Assembly (NCBI RefSeq): GCF_011745625.1
Contig: NW_027191455.1
Span: 992,001 to 1,056,000 of the forward strand
Source of the DNA: Cladosporium halotolerans
Lineage: Eukaryota
DNA: 64,000 bases
Direction: 5' to 3'
The notes beneath the pieces were generated by a model. It made no database searches. It was not told where the DNA came from and was given only the letters and a program-made list of their open reading frames with translations. Positions 1 to 12,588 of the stretch are shown here, in pieces. Within the stretch, counting starts at the first letter, position 1. Every line of letters begins with the position of its first letter. The position numbers and the translations under genes are program-made.

Positions 1-2633
1 GTAGTGCGACGGTTGGTGACGATGAGGTCGTTGTTGCGGCGTAGCTCACAGCCAGCTCCGTCAGGCAGCGCGAACGCGCGCCGCAAGCTCGGAGATTGAC
101 AGCCTGAGGCACACAAGCAAGGCCGATGACTTCAACGAGGAACTCCAGCTCACGCTTATCATGACTGTACTTCAACTACAGGATATCCAATGTTGTGGAA
201 TAGGCTCTGCAATTCGTCGACGCTTGAATCATCCGCACATTTTGATCGGCCAAAACAATCAGTTTGGAACACATCAGGCCTCACTTCTCAGGAGCATGAA
301 TTTGACGCGCCGTGCTCTCCAGCACTCTGCCGACTTGTTTTCTGTTTATTTCCAGCGGACAAAATGAGATCGCGACAACACTTCGAACTAGGAAATGTGG
401 AAAGATGCAACGCAGTACCTTACGGTCGAGAATTGACTCCTTTCCGTCAAAAATGATTCAGGACAGTACTGCCCTGGTCCTGCCTGACTACAATCACATG
501 CCCCTCGCCCACTTTATCGTCCAGTTTAGTGCGGGCTTTGAGGCTTCCAGAGCTCATTCGTCCAGCGATCACCTGTCATCACTTGTCAACTCCGGCTCTC
601 GCCTCCCCCTACCGCGCCAGAAGTGCAATTACTTTAGCAATGACAAGACTTCTCAAACCGCTGGTTTTGGCTCTCAGCGCTGTTTTGGTTTGGCTCTGCA
701 AGCTCTGTATCCAATTGATAGATCCGTTCTGGCTGTGGGTGCAAAAAGGTAGACGCGAAGCATGAGTGGCAGAACTTCATATCTTGAGGATGCAGTACAA
801 GTCGAGGAACACAGTAGAGAGTAGAGCGATGTCAGATATTCATGGTCTCTAACCATCGAGACAAGGGGAACGTCAGAGGCGCTCCAAATGCCGGGGTGCA
901 CCGACTCAACACTCGGAGCATGCGTCTCTTGAGTCAAGTTGAGGGCCCGACTTAGGCACTATGGGATCTGTCGTGCCTGATGCTGATGATTAAATCTCTA
1001 GCCTTTCAAAAAGACCATTAGCGTGGACGCCACCTATTCGGTTGACATGTCGATTTTCCTGCACCGACCATTGTCCACCGCCTCAAGTGAACGATTCAAT
1101 ACCGAAGCGACACGTCGACACGTCGAGACGTGTTGACTGCTCACTGCACACTGCACAGTGCCCGGCCTCGTCAAAACAACAAGGACACAATGGTCTGTGC
1201 TTTTGTTGCTCATCGGCGCTCCTGGCAATGGAAAGCGACCCCACGATGTGTTGATCGAGCACTCTGGGGCTTCTGCGTATATTCCGGCGTATAGATTCAC
1301 GAAAGATGTCCTGTTTGTGTGTTTCTCATTTGCGTCATGTTTGTTCTAGACGTGCCTTTGGAACAATTTGATGGTCTGGAATCGCAAAAGCGGCTGATGA
1401 CGATACCAAGCGTGGCATCTCAGACAGTGATTTACAAGGCAGTTGAGAACTGCAGAGCCTTCACGCACCGTTGAACGAGCACTGTGCACCGCGTCATGAT
1501 GAAGCGACGTTTTTCACGCACTGTACTTGTCGCTAGTCGTGAAGTCGTAATGACACGGCCGATCGCAGGACTTGAAGATCTTCGCCCTCAAGAAATTCGA
1601 AACCACGGGTCAACGGAGAGGCTACCACCCAAGCAGTTTCAGCTCGCGTTCAAGCATCCCCAAGACTTTCCTTGTGTGACGCAGCAAATTTACCTGCGAG
1701 TGGACGCATTTGTGTCCCGCATTCCTACACCTTCATCGAAATCATTTTACAATAAAAGACACCTTTTGGAAGATGTCGTTCTGCCGAACCCTCCCGCACT
1801 CTCATCAAACCAGACCGTGGCTTGCCGCGCAATTCCCCAGGGGGCGCTAGAGTTCGGCGCGCGTCCGGCGCTCGCCGGCCAAAGCATCGTCGTGGCTAGA
1901 CAGTCTCAGGTACATCGATGGAATCGGTACGATGACTGGTAAACATGAAGGGGAAGATGGAGCTTGCGGGCGCTCAGAGGCCTACGCAAGATTCCCATTA
2001 CTGTTTCGCATTGTTAAATACCACATTCTCCCGCATCGCACCTTTCATTTCGTTTAGAGGGGCCGGCGAAGCTTCCAATACGCCATCAAGCCCATACCAA
2101 GATTCGCGTCGACAGACACCGTGCACGGAGCTGGGGGAATAGTGCCATGCTCGCGTGAGGAGCGCCACCAAGCACTGCAATAAGCGACGACTCGCTTGAA
2201 AGGGCAATAACTCCCCAGCATATATTCGCTTCGCAGACGCAGGTAATACACCCTCAGGTCAGCTCCCTAAGCGTGCAAACTCACACCGTCGAAGGTTCAC
2301 GCGCACACATCTTGACAAGGATCTCCGCGACCCAGGGTTGGTTGTTGCTTAGCCTTCCTCTCGAGTCAGCCCGGGAAGGCCGATCATATTGGAGTCCGCC
2401 GATCCTTTTTGATCCCACAAGAGCTCTTTCCGGGCATATAAGGCCTCCGCGCCTCTTTCTTCGCACGCAGCGTTAGCGACCGTTGTGGAGATCTGATTGA
2501 GCTCGGCTCGAGGAAGCGAAGGCGTCGTCGCAAAACCTTGTGGGCGAGACAAAGTCTTTGTTTAAAAGATCCGCTGCCGCACCCCAGGCCCAGATCCTTG
2601 CCTCCATAATTCTATTCTCCGCACCAATCGACC

Positions 2634-3661
2634 ATGACGGCCACTTTAACCTTCACGGAGATGGAGATCGTGAGTTCGCTTTGCTTCCTTTGCGACTTAT
2701 ATAAACCTAACTAATCTGATTATTACAGCTGCCGCCCGAGATTCACAAATTCCATACCAAAGCTGGCCAACCTCCGGCTTGTTCGGTTGACGCAAACGTG
2801 CTCTTTAAGAAGCTCGAGGCTGCAAAGCGAGAACGGGACATTGCCGACAATCGACGATTGCGCCGGCAAGCAACGCGCGACGGGACCTTTCTTTCTAGAG
2901 GCGCGTCGCAAACATCGATCTCGACTCCAGCTTCGCCGCAAGCACAAAAGCCTTCATCACAGGCCTTCCAAGTCAACAAAACTCACAAGTCCCGCCCGAG
3001 AACGCAACCATCGCAATGTACCGCAGACGGAAGGCCGGTCATGGACCACAGATCAATGTTCGCAGCTCTCAACCTAGGCCTCGCTGAGCTTGAGGCAATG
3101 ACAAGCAAACTGGAGCACGAGACTACCAAACAACGAGAGTTTCTATGCTCGCGATGCAGAAACCCAGACATCCCTGACCAACACGATCACTCGAACGACA
3201 CGTTCCGCCAGCAAGCATCGAAGCGCGCTTCCATGCCCGCGAATCCGTCGCGCCTCGTGGCCGTCAACCACGGCTGTCAAACCGCATACGAGCGGGTCGA
3301 CATCCCGGACGAAGACCCACCTCAATACCATGCCATGCCATATGGTACAAACGAAGTTGCACAGCCCAGCTACGAGCAACGGCCGCGTATACAGCCCTAC
3401 GACCGCCCTGACTGGACGCAGCAGTCTCAATGCGGTGCAGCCGATGACCCTGCCTTCTCGGTCCCTTCTGGCTACATTTTTCGCCGACGGAATCCGCAAC
3501 CAGCCGCAGCCCCAGAGGCCGAACCTGCGCGAAGTTCCAGTATAGGCTATCCTCAAAATCAGCAAGAAGGGCACCTAATCAGCGATGCGGTCAAGCTTAT
3601 CAAACAAAAGGAGAGGAGAGCGAAGAGAAAGAGCGTGGTGGATTTCCTCAGAAAGCTCTGA
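2634..3661 (+). CDS. Hypothetical, largely low-complexity protein; exons 2634-2669 and 2729-3661
   Basis: ATG at 2634, GTGAGT donor at 2670, CTAAC/CTAAT branch sites and CAG acceptor at 2728. The splice joins in frame to the 2798..3661 ORF. No family recognised. Confidence 0.65.
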
Positions 3662-3767
3662 AAGAATGGAGAAAATCATTGCTTCTTGATATGCACGATT
3701 GATATGCGATACGCGTAATGTCTATATGTACATACCCCCTTGGAATAGCGAATTAAAGCGTAAGGAT

Positions 3768-6700
3768 CTATCCTATCAACCCGTGCAGAAATACGGGCAA
3801 AGCTTCCCTGCTTGTCTTCGCCTTTTCGGACAGCATCAATGAGGTCGCGATGCCACGGTCCCTGACATCTTCGTCGAAGCTGTTCCTCCACTGCCTCAAC
3901 ATTATCTCTACACCCAGTAGTTCCTTCTGACTTTTCAGCGGTTTCTTCGCGCCTTGAAGCAGGGAATCCGCAAGCTCGATCCGCAGCAGCTCCTCAACAG
4001 TCATCTGCCTGTGGACTTGCTCATCGTCCAAAGCCCCCAGCCGCCAGGCTATGAACGCCCAGTCTTCCTCGTAGCAACCCTTCGCGGCTTCGGAAACAAG
4101 CTTGAATGGTGCATGATACGGGCGTCCACTCGCAGCCAATTCCGCAATCACCTCCCGCAACTCACGAGCAAGATCCTCTCTCTGCTCATCGTCCTTGCTG
4201 CCGTCCGGCCGAGGAATGCTCGGATACGTCAAGAGCCAGAGCCGCATGGGGAACATATCCGGTAATCTGGCCGGCTGGCGATTGGGATCCTGCTGCCATT
4301 GCGGCGTGCGCTGCGACTCGACGCGCTCGATCATGTACTGAACTAGCGGCCTGCAATACTGATGCCAACGCAACCGCCGCTTCTCTTCCATGCGAACCGG
4401 GGTCACGTAGCCTCTGGTGTATCTCTGCCAGCGTTCAATGGAGTCGTCATAACAAGTGAGTAGATTGTCAATCACACGACGTTCGTGTGATTGGAGGTGC
4501 TCCGGTGTTAGCAAGTCATTAGCCGCTGCGTCTTCGGCGGTGGCGAATTTTCCTTGCTTCAGAAGGTCGGAAACCGTTGTCCGCGACATCGCCAGAGCGC
4601 CACTTTTGGAAAAGCGCAAGAAGGTTTCAAATGCCTCGGTGCGAGGTTTGTTGTCTTCTATACGCTTGATGAAGGCTTTCATCGCGGACGGCGGGTTGGC
4701 GGCGATGATAGCTTGATCACTGAAGATCTTGAAAGCCTTCACAGGCATGTGCTCGGTGGAGCGGCTGAGGAGCCAGCTCAACAAGTCGTGGTTTCCGAAG
4801 GCAGGCGGTAATAGAGATTCGAGGCTAGCCGCGTTGTTCACACGCAAAAACAGCGCTGTCCAACGAGCAATGTTGTCCACGGATTGTCGAACCAAAGGAA
4901 GGAAAAGGCGTTGGACTAGACCTCTCTTCTGTGCCGCATCGCTGTGCAACTCCATGTACCGTAGCAGTGCACTTCGAACGGGCGCGTCGATATTGAATGT
5001 GACTTGAGGCATCTCATTGCTCTCTCCGTACTTCTTCCATTTTTGCTCGGTCATGGGAGCTCTCTCGTTGAAATCGGCTGCTATTGGGACGATGTGCTCC
5101 TCAAGCGCATTCATCACGGAAGCTTCGATGTTGCGGTCATTGGTGGAGCGGAGGATGGCCAGCAAGCTTTCCACGGCTGCTACACGGATGTCCACGTGAC
5201 CAGACTCCCTGAACAGGTTCACCAGTACACCAACCGAAGACCCTTCATCAATGAACCCGGCGTGGTTCATCAATTGCGCCAGCAACTTGACTGTCGTTAC
5301 CTTAACAAAAGGGGCGGACGTCATCTCGATGTCTTCAGAAGAGTCCACTCCAGGCGCACGTGAGATCTGGTCTTTCGCGGCGTGTGCCCTGGCACTCTCA
5401 AGGATGAGTTGAGCCAGACCAGTTACCAAAGCCTTCGACTCTTCTGCGGAGAGTCTTTTCAGAACCCCGGGGTGGAGCAGGATGCGATGCCAGGAGCTTT
5501 GTTCGGGCAGACCAACGAGGGTCTTCACGACGTACGGAACAGCGGATCCTGGCTTATCAGAACAGGCCAAAAGTTTCACAGTTCTGAAAGCCCACCTCAC
5601 AAGGGCTGGCGAAGGGTCGTCTGACGCGCAAATATCGCTGACCAGTTTCGCCGCAAGCTGCTCGAGCAACGCTGGTGGAGTATCTTTAAGGAGCTTCGAC
5701 GGGAATGCATCGAAATCGCGTTGAGATTCAATAAAGTCGGAGTCAAGGAAGAGAGCTGGAAACCTTGGGGCGGTCGGAGGGAAGGGCGCGGACAGTATCT
5801 TCGAGTCGGCCTTCGACTTTGCGTCCACGAGCAACAACGATGCCGCTATGAAAGCCTCCATGGCGTCAGGCGGAATCATAGGCCCGAATCTTTCCAGGTC
5901 CCAGAAATCTGGAACCCGAAAGGGCCCAATTTTCGGACATGGGGTGTCGAGACTGTAGGTGGTGTCTTTGCCATACGTCGGGTGAGTAAAGCAATCTAGA
6001 CACGTGGGCTCAAGCTTTCGCTTCTCGGAGACGACCGGATTCAATATCGGATCGGGATTCCACTCTTGCAACTCGTCTGCTTTGTCTGGTAGTGGGAGTG
6101 CCGGAGGCGATCTCTCAGGAAAGCTGACGGATTCAAACTTAGAAGGTGGCGCGCCTGCATTAGTAAAGATGTCTCCCCAGTATGCCCTAGCTTCTGGAAC
6201 TGAGAGTCGGCCTTCCGAGAGTGAGCTCGTCGCATATGCCCAAGCAGATTCCCTGCGTCTCCGCAACTCCTTCTCGTCGCACCATGAGAGATATATCCCC
6301 AGAGCCCTTGCATAATCGTCGACGAAGCATCCGATGGCGGCCTTGGTCTCTAAATCCTCAGGGACGGGCCGTTGTGCATATTCACGAGGTAGAAAAACAA
6401 TCTCACGAGCCCGTTGTTCAAGGAAAGGTAGAGATCCGCCAGGAAGTATGCCCTCAACTGTGATGACGTCCAAAGCTTGGATCGGCAAGCCCTGGGTCCA
6501 GGGCGCCTGTAAAGCAGTGACTGCCGGATGCATGGTTGATCTGTGCTGTCGCCATAGCTCGTGTCGCTGTGCGGCGAGCTCGTTGATGAATCGAAGAGAT
6601 GCAATGCTTGGATCCCTCACGATAATCTCGCCCGTACCCCAGACTGCCAATGGGCCATCAAATTCATGGTACTGCAAGCTCTGGTTTCGCTCATCAAGCC

Positions 6701-8624
6701 CCAGCTTCTCAGCTTTGAGTAGCGAGCTCAGTGTGTCATCCCAAACGACCGCGAAGACCTGGTCTTCAGATATACCCAAAAGCTTGTGAAGCCGTTTGAT
6801 ACTATTCAGGCGAACTTGTACAATATCAACAAAAAGACGCTGTACTTCTGACCAATGATTGGCGTAGAACCCTGGCTCTTTCTGGCACATGGTAGCCGTC
6901 TCTAAAAGCAGCAGAGTGATGCCATTGCCTTTACGGACATTCGCTGCAATGCTTGCAACATCGGTATCAATCCTCAGGTTTTCCGGGATGCCAGACAGTA
7001 ATCTCACTGTCTCGTCGCCGCGGAGCATATTCCAGGACCTATAGAAGGCAGAGACATTGGGGTCCCTGTTGTATCGACGCGCCCAGATCAAGACATCTTG
7101 AAGAAGATCCAAAGAACCCGATCCGACAGCCATTGATGCGGCAGCAGTGAGCCAATGAATCCGTAAATCCGGGTTTCGCTCCCGTTCAGCCATCAGTCTG
7201 TACTTCGACACCTTCTCCATGCCATCATCCAGGCGAAGTTGATTGTCGGTTGTCAGTTGCAGGCGTAGCAGATCAAGGTCAGGGTTTGCCTGCTGGGAGG
7301 TAGCCTCATAGATGATCTTCCCAACCATCCACTTCAAGTCATCGCCCTTCGCCAAGACAAAGCGTTCGAAAAGATCGCGGGATTCGTCTTCTGGAAGCAT
7401 TGTGAAGAGCTTCCTCGGAATAGGGCATATAACGAAACGAAGCTGGTCAAAACCCTCCACGTCAATGCTCAATTGGCTGGACAACTGCCATGTGAAGCGG
7501 CGGTATCGAAATGCGAGCTTCGCTTCTCTAGTTGCCTCAATGAGTGATTCGATGTCGTTCTGGAACGTCGGGAAGAGATTTGAGAGGACTGGCTCAAAAG
7601 CGTCCGGATTGCGCTGCCACAATCTTGTGATATCCTTCAAGTATTCCTGGTACTTGACTCCAAATGCACGTGACTCTGCCACGATGTGCTCGCTTGCGCA
7701 CATTGACATCAGGCGAACAGTCTGCAGGGCGAACGCGAGAGGAATTTCCGGACGAGCAAGACGTCGAATGATGGCGAGCATTGCTGAACCAAGCCGGCCC
7801 TGATGCCATTTGTCTTTCCTGAGGCGAACACCATTCTCCACAAAAATTTGCAAGACTTTTGCAGCAAAGACCGTACTTTTCGGTATAGTCGGATGCTCCG
7901 CGGAAGGACCAGGGGGAAGGGCCGTGAGCAGTGATTTGTAGATCCACAACTTCTCGTCACCTCTGGCAGCTAATTTCAGACACTGTTGTTGATACCAGTC
8001 CGTGTTTGTCGCCATCACTTTGTACATCTCGAGCTCCGGGAGGGCTTCATGGTTGATCCATGAGTCCCTGAATGCTGGCCTGCATCCATACACCAGCGGC
8101 ACATATGCGTCCAGCAGGGGGCGCCGGTCAGGATTCCGCGCATTTGTAGAGCCGTGAATAACAGCAGATGCCAGCACCTGCATCAGGTCTGTGAGAAGTT
8201 CCTGCCTCTCATCTCTAGCGGGTTCACTGGTGCTGCATCGGCCGACATACTTGCTGAACATTTTGATATGGTTGACAGAGAAGGTAGCCAGCAGCGCAGC
8301 GATTCCATCTGTCCCACCCAGGGCGCGCCACACGTGGCCGCATCTGTCGGTGCGAAACCATCCGTAGAGTGCTTTGATTGACACACTACGAACGTATATC
8401 GAAGTAGTTTGACGTAGGCCGAATGCCAATGCCGTTTCGTCCGGACATGCACATAACCAGAGCTTGTATATCCGTGGCGGCTGAAATTCTGCAGCGATGG
8501 CCTGGATGAGTTCTTCTGAGATGGCGATGTTGTCGTTGGAGGACAGCGCTAGTTTATGCAAATAAGGTCCGGTATGTCGGGGATGTGAGTTTCGCAGGAA
8601 AGAGATATCCAGACCAGAGGACAT
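3768..8624 (-). CDS. Large (~1618 aa) single-exon hypothetical protein, Leu/Ala-rich and probably alpha-helical
   Basis: Uninterrupted 4.9 kb ORF. First ATG at 8624 (MSSGLDISFLRNSHP). No catalytic motif recognised. Confidence 0.85.
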   Translation of the reverse strand: MSSGLDISFLRNSHPRHTGPYLHKLALSSNDNIAISEELIQAIAAEFQPPRIYKLWLCACPDETALAFGLRQTTSIYVRSVSIKALYGWFRTDRCGHVWRALGGTDGIAALLATFSVNHIKMFSKYVGRCSTSEPARDERQELLTDLMQVLASAVIHGSTNARNPDRRPLLDAYVPLVYGCRPAFRDSWINHEALPELEMYKVMATNTDWYQQQCLKLAARGDEKLWIYKSLLTALPPGPSAEHPTIPKSTVFAAKVLQIFVENGVRLRKDKWHQGRLGSAMLAIIRRLARPEIPLAFALQTVRLMSMCASEHIVAESRAFGVKYQEYLKDITRLWQRNPDAFEPVLSNLFPTFQNDIESLIEATREAKLAFRYRRFTWQLSSQLSIDVEGFDQLRFVICPIPRKLFTMLPEDESRDLFERFVLAKGDDLKWMVGKIIYEATSQQANPDLDLLRLQLTTDNQLRLDDGMEKVSKYRLMAERERNPDLRIHWLTAAASMAVGSGSLDLLQDVLIWARRYNRDPNVSAFYRSWNMLRGDETVRLLSGIPENLRIDTDVASIAANVRKGNGITLLLLETATMCQKEPGFYANHWSEVQRLFVDIVQVRLNSIKRLHKLLGISEDQVFAVVWDDTLSSLLKAEKLGLDERNQSLQYHEFDGPLAVWGTGEIIVRDPSIASLRFINELAAQRHELWRQHRSTMHPAVTALQAPWTQGLPIQALDVITVEGILPGGSLPFLEQRAREIVFLPREYAQRPVPEDLETKAAIGCFVDDYARALGIYLSWCDEKELRRRRESAWAYATSSLSEGRLSVPEARAYWGDIFTNAGAPPSKFESVSFPERSPPALPLPDKADELQEWNPDPILNPVVSEKRKLEPTCLDCFTHPTYGKDTTYSLDTPCPKIGPFRVPDFWDLERFGPMIPPDAMEAFIAASLLLVDAKSKADSKILSAPFPPTAPRFPALFLDSDFIESQRDFDAFPSKLLKDTPPALLEQLAAKLVSDICASDDPSPALVRWAFRTVKLLACSDKPGSAVPYVVKTLVGLPEQSSWHRILLHPGVLKRLSAEESKALVTGLAQLILESARAHAAKDQISRAPGVDSSEDIEMTSAPFVKVTTVKLLAQLMNHAGFIDEGSSVGVLVNLFRESGHVDIRVAAVESLLAILRSTNDRNIEASVMNALEEHIVPIAADFNERAPMTEQKWKKYGESNEMPQVTFNIDAPVRSALLRYMELHSDAAQKRGLVQRLFLPLVRQSVDNIARWTALFLRVNNAASLESLLPPAFGNHDLLSWLLSRSTEHMPVKAFKIFSDQAIIAANPPSAMKAFIKRIEDNKPRTEAFETFLRFSKSGALAMSRTTVSDLLKQGKFATAEDAAANDLLTPEHLQSHERRVIDNLLTCYDDSIERWQRYTRGYVTPVRMEEKRRLRWHQYCRPLVQYMIERVESQRTPQWQQDPNRQPARLPDMFPMRLWLLTYPSIPRPDGSKDDEQREDLARELREVIAELAASGRPYHAPFKLVSEAAKGCYEEDWAFIAWRLGALDDEQVHRQMTVEELLRIELADSLLQGAKKPLKSQKELLGVEIMLRQWRNSFDEDVRDRGIATSLMLSEKAKTSREALPVFLHGLIG

Positions 8625-9892
8625 ACTACAAAGCAAGACCGTTTGGTGTCTGTTGCTGTTGTGCACGAAAACAGCAGGGGACAAGAAAGCTTGAGAGAGG
8701 ACGAGGAATGGCTGTGAAAGAGAAGGTCACTTGTGAGTTATACATAGATGGTAGTCATAAAGAATTTCTGATCATCAGGACTTGTTGCTTCGTTGCGGTG
8801 TCCGCAAGCGTGTGCGGTCCAACACCGCCGAGCTGTACACGCATGATGCAAGTCTCCAACGGCGTCTCGACATCTCCAGGCATCGAGCATGCTCGGCAAC
8901 AAGCCGAGGCGCCCGGCACTTGCCGCACCCCTCCTTGATGCGACGACAGGAATCCTCGCACCCTACCCACCGCAGGGCTAACGATCTATCATGGGGCTTC
9001 TACTTCTGTGCTGTGACACGAGCATGTGGAATGAAGATGATTCCCCTCGGAAATCCAGCATGAAAAGGACCGCAGGGACAAGCCAAAGGGACGTGGCTAA
9101 TCACCCAGCCCCCGGGAAGTCCAGTCACGCATCCCTCCAGACACTTCACTGAAGGACTCAGCAGAACTTCTTGAACAGCCAACTTGAATTACATCCATCT
9201 CGTATCGACATAATGTACAGGGTGACATGCGTGGAGTTCTTTTTTTTTTTCCAAGTGCTGAAGAAAATGCGATCGCTCAAATCGATGCAAGCGCAGCTAG
9301 CCGCCAGCCGCAGCAGTCATTTCCGCAAAGAGCCCTTTCGGAATCACATCCCTGCAACCCACATGCCTGGCGTGACCACCTCACGCCTGGGATAGAGCAA
9401 GCCATATGGTGGCACACAATAACCGCGGCGGGCGAGCTGCTTCTCGACTCGCCCAGCCCTCTAGAATGTGATCATCTCCTTTCTCACCACCGCATACACC
9501 TCTGGATAGGCGCATGATTCGACCTGCGCCATGATAGAAGGACTTCCCATGCGTGCTTTACTGGCGACATCTTCGTCTGTATCGATCGTTATTCAGCTCT
9601 CGTTTCGCCGCGACTACAGCTCCATCTGAGTATCTTGCCGGTTCTATTACAGCGACAGCTGGCTCTTCGAAAGAGGAACTAGATTGGCCTGCGGCGAAGC
9701 TTTATACCTCATTCACTTGCTCAATTTCAAAAGGATCAACGAAGCCAGTCTCGCGACACCATAGACCGCAACGCGTTCCCGTGTAACAAGGCCACACCGC
9801 CCGGCGTCTAGACCAAGGTCCTAGAACCAACTACACCGCAGTCTGTTTGTTCCCAAACATCAAGTGCACACAATCGCAGATCAAAGCGTATC

Positions 9893-10303
9893 ATGGCCTC
9901 CCCAAGCACAACCTCAACCCCGTCCGCCCCCATCGAAAACGACGCAGCAAACCTCGACTCAGAAACCTCCTCCGGCCTCAGCACGCGAACGCAGGCCGGA
10001 ATCGGCGCCGCATGCGGCCTCTTCGGCCTAGCAGCCGTCCTCGCCCTGGCCCTGCTGTTAGTCAGAAGGCACAAGAAGCGACAGGAGAGAGCCGCGCGGA
10101 AACACTCTGATCGCGTGCGGCGGTCACGGCGGGCCGCGAGGGCGGAAAGGGCTGCGTTGAAGGCGCAAGAGCAAGAGGTTCTCGAAGGAAGGGAGTCGGG
10201 GCGGAGTGGTGAGGCTAGTGGTGGCGGGCTAGGGTATGTGGAGCTGGGGATGGATACTACGCGGTTGGGGTTTGATGATGGATCTAGGAGGGATAGAAGG
10301 TGA
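9893..10303 (+). CDS. Small single-pass membrane protein
   Basis: S/T-rich N-terminus, hydrophobic helix AGIGAACGLFGLAAVLALALLLV, then basic stop-transfer RRHKKR. Coding-like composition. Confidence 0.6.
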   Translation: MASPSTTSTPSAPIENDAANLDSETSSGLSTRTQAGIGAACGLFGLAAVLALALLLVRRHKKRQERAARKHSDRVRRSRRAARAERAALKAQEQEVLEGRESGRSGEASGGGLGYVELGMDTTRLGFDDGSRRDRR

Positions 10304-10539
10304 AATAAGGGAAAGAGGGCAGTGTTTGGACGGAAATCTCGATCTTTTTTTAGGCTATAAAGAGCCTGACTCTATCACTCATCGTTTATCTTTTTCCGCA
10401 ACAAAGCAGGTCGTCGTGGACTCACAACTTTCTCAACCAGCAAGTGACGGACTGTCATAGTCCTCCAAGAAACCCCTCGAATTCTCCAAGGCTTAGGAAC
10501 AGAAAGTACCCTCAATCACTCCCCCAAACACCCAATCTC

Positions 10540-11937
10540 TCAATTCCCCTGCGGAGTCTCGCAGACCTTGCACTGAAGTTTACACGCTGCACATTTTCTC
10601 CCCACAAACCTCGTGATCAGCTCGTCCACGTACCTATCGCACGGGATGCCCTGGTCCTTGCAATTGGTGCACTGGTTCGGGTCGCTGAAGCCCAAGTCAG
10701 TTTCGCACATGTAGTGCGCGTGCGAGTAGAGCCTCTTGCGATCGGCTGTGGCGTTCTTCCAGCGCCTCTCATCCGCGGACCAGTATTGGCCCTCGGCTAG
10801 GGGGTGCGCGAGGGTCATGTTGGTGAGGTGGGTGTTTCTAGAGCTGTAGTCGAAGTGTGCTGCTGAGGGTCGAGAACGGCGGGGACGCGAGGGGGTGAAA
10901 TTGTTTGGGGCTGTCGTTGTCTCGATGGTTCGGGACGCGATGGTAGGGTTGGCGCGTGAGGTAACAGCCTTCTTCGTTGCCGTGGTGGACTTGTTGGGCG
11001 CAGGAGCAATTTTGGTGCTATCGCCCGATCTGCCGTAGACGCCTCCCGCAGTCACTGACTTCTTCTGAAGGCGCGAGGCGGCCTCCTCCTCGTTGGCCCC
11101 CTTCGAGGTAATACCAGCGTTGTGGTTGTTAGGGGCAGATGTAGTGCCATCGGGATCGAGAGTCTGGATGTAAGCGTCGAGAAAAGGGCCAGCCTGAAGG
11201 TGCGACGCGATACTGTTCAGAAGCGGCTGCTTAGAGATCTCTAGAACTGCACCCTTTGCATGGCTCATGACGAATGACAGTCCCTTGTCGATGCTGCTAA
11301 AGCAGCCAAGTAGATAGGCGGTAGTGAACCCATTCGCGGCCAACTTGTCACGCTGGACGTGCATGCGGCGCCCGATGAAGCGAGCAAGTTCGGGATCGGA
11401 CTTTTGGAGGCCGGACATGATGTTAGCAGAGCCGAAGCGTTCGAGCAGGAAGGTGACCTCGGCAGCGTAGACTGGGAAGAGAGAGCGGAGTTCTTGAGAC
11501 AAGTGGAACTTCAGATCGTCTGATTCAGACTGCACGGCGAGGATGTAGAGCTTGACCCTCGCGCAGAAGTGACGGTTCGTTTCCGATGTGGAAGTGATGC
11601 TGAGATCATCCGCGTGGATCTTTGGCTGATACCTGACGGGGTGTCTGCCGCGGCCATGGACCTGAATGTTGACACTCCGGGAGGCCGGGATGTTGTCGCC
11701 GTGCTGGATCCATTGAATCGCGATTTTAACCATCAACACATCGTCCAGTTGCAAAGAGTTGATCGTGAGAATCGTAAGTTTTCCGAGTTCCTGCATTTGG
11801 TTGCCCGAGTTTTCACGAGATGCAATGCCAATGAGCTTGTTCAAGACAATGCTTGGTATCTTCGCGACTTGTTCGGGCATCAAGATGGGCATGGGCTCAT
11901 TGTCGAACACTAGCTTGAGCTCGCCGATGTCCGCCAT
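10540..11937 (-). CDS. Uncharacterised 465 aa protein with BTB-like N-terminal region and C-terminal six-Cys cluster (paralogue A)
   Basis: Intact ATG-to-TGA ORF. C-terminal CTNC-x6-C-x15-CAAC-x6-C. Clear similarity to the neighbouring 12589..13932 locus. Confidence 0.8.
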   Translation of the reverse strand: MADIGELKLVFDNEPMPILMPEQVAKIPSIVLNKLIGIASRENSGNQMQELGKLTILTINSLQLDDVLMVKIAIQWIQHGDNIPASRSVNIQVHGRGRHPVRYQPKIHADDLSITSTSETNRHFCARVKLYILAVQSESDDLKFHLSQELRSLFPVYAAEVTFLLERFGSANIMSGLQKSDPELARFIGRRMHVQRDKLAANGFTTAYLLGCFSSIDKGLSFVMSHAKGAVLEISKQPLLNSIASHLQAGPFLDAYIQTLDPDGTTSAPNNHNAGITSKGANEEEAASRLQKKSVTAGGVYGRSGDSTKIAPAPNKSTTATKKAVTSRANPTIASRTIETTTAPNNFTPSRPRRSRPSAAHFDYSSRNTHLTNMTLAHPLAEGQYWSADERRWKNATADRKRLYSHAHYMCETDLGFSDPNQCTNCKDQGIPCDRYVDELITRFVGRKCAACKLQCKVCETPQGN

Positions 11938-12588
11938 TCTGGTTGTATGAGAGAGCTAGGCGAAGTGGATGTGTGTTTGCTCTTGAGGTGGAAGAGATGG
12001 TGGAGGTAATGTGAACGGATGAAGCTCATAGGTTTCTACGTAGATAGGTGACGCATTCACTTCCCTGTTGCCGCCTTAGGCGCTGAAGAACATGCAGGGT
12101 CTCATTGGACAAAGCGTCCAGATCCAGGTCTCAAGTGGCATTTGCAGTGAAGTGCATAAACGGAATCGGCCTCTAAAAGTGAGTCCGGCAGGGGGCGTTG
12201 ATCCGACGTAACTTGCATAGTTCAGCTCTCACGACTTGACTTCGCTGTTGAAACCAGTGCCTGGACTGAGACATTTTCGTCGAACTGCTGTCAAACGCAA
12301 CCCTCTAATAGGTCGGGAGGAGACGGCAGCTTTTTGTGAGAATATTCTTGCGTGAATGATACTCCATGCGTCATTGTCAAGGTCAAACGTGGAAAACTTC
12401 ACAAACAACCTATAAGAAATTTGGGTTACGCCTGTAATCTAGGGATGCAAATGACTCGTTGAATCAGCAAATCGCCATCTGTTCACTGTACCATGCAAAC
12501 TTAGTTCAAACGTAGGTGGACTCACTAACATCGAGCCGCACATTGTGGTCATCTTTGGAGCACATGACAGACAATGCTCCCAGCCACC

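Noticed and set aside
1..2600. Short ORFs in the first 2.6 kb, including a hydrophobic peptide at 640-765
   Set aside because: No motif, codon bias or convincing splice model.
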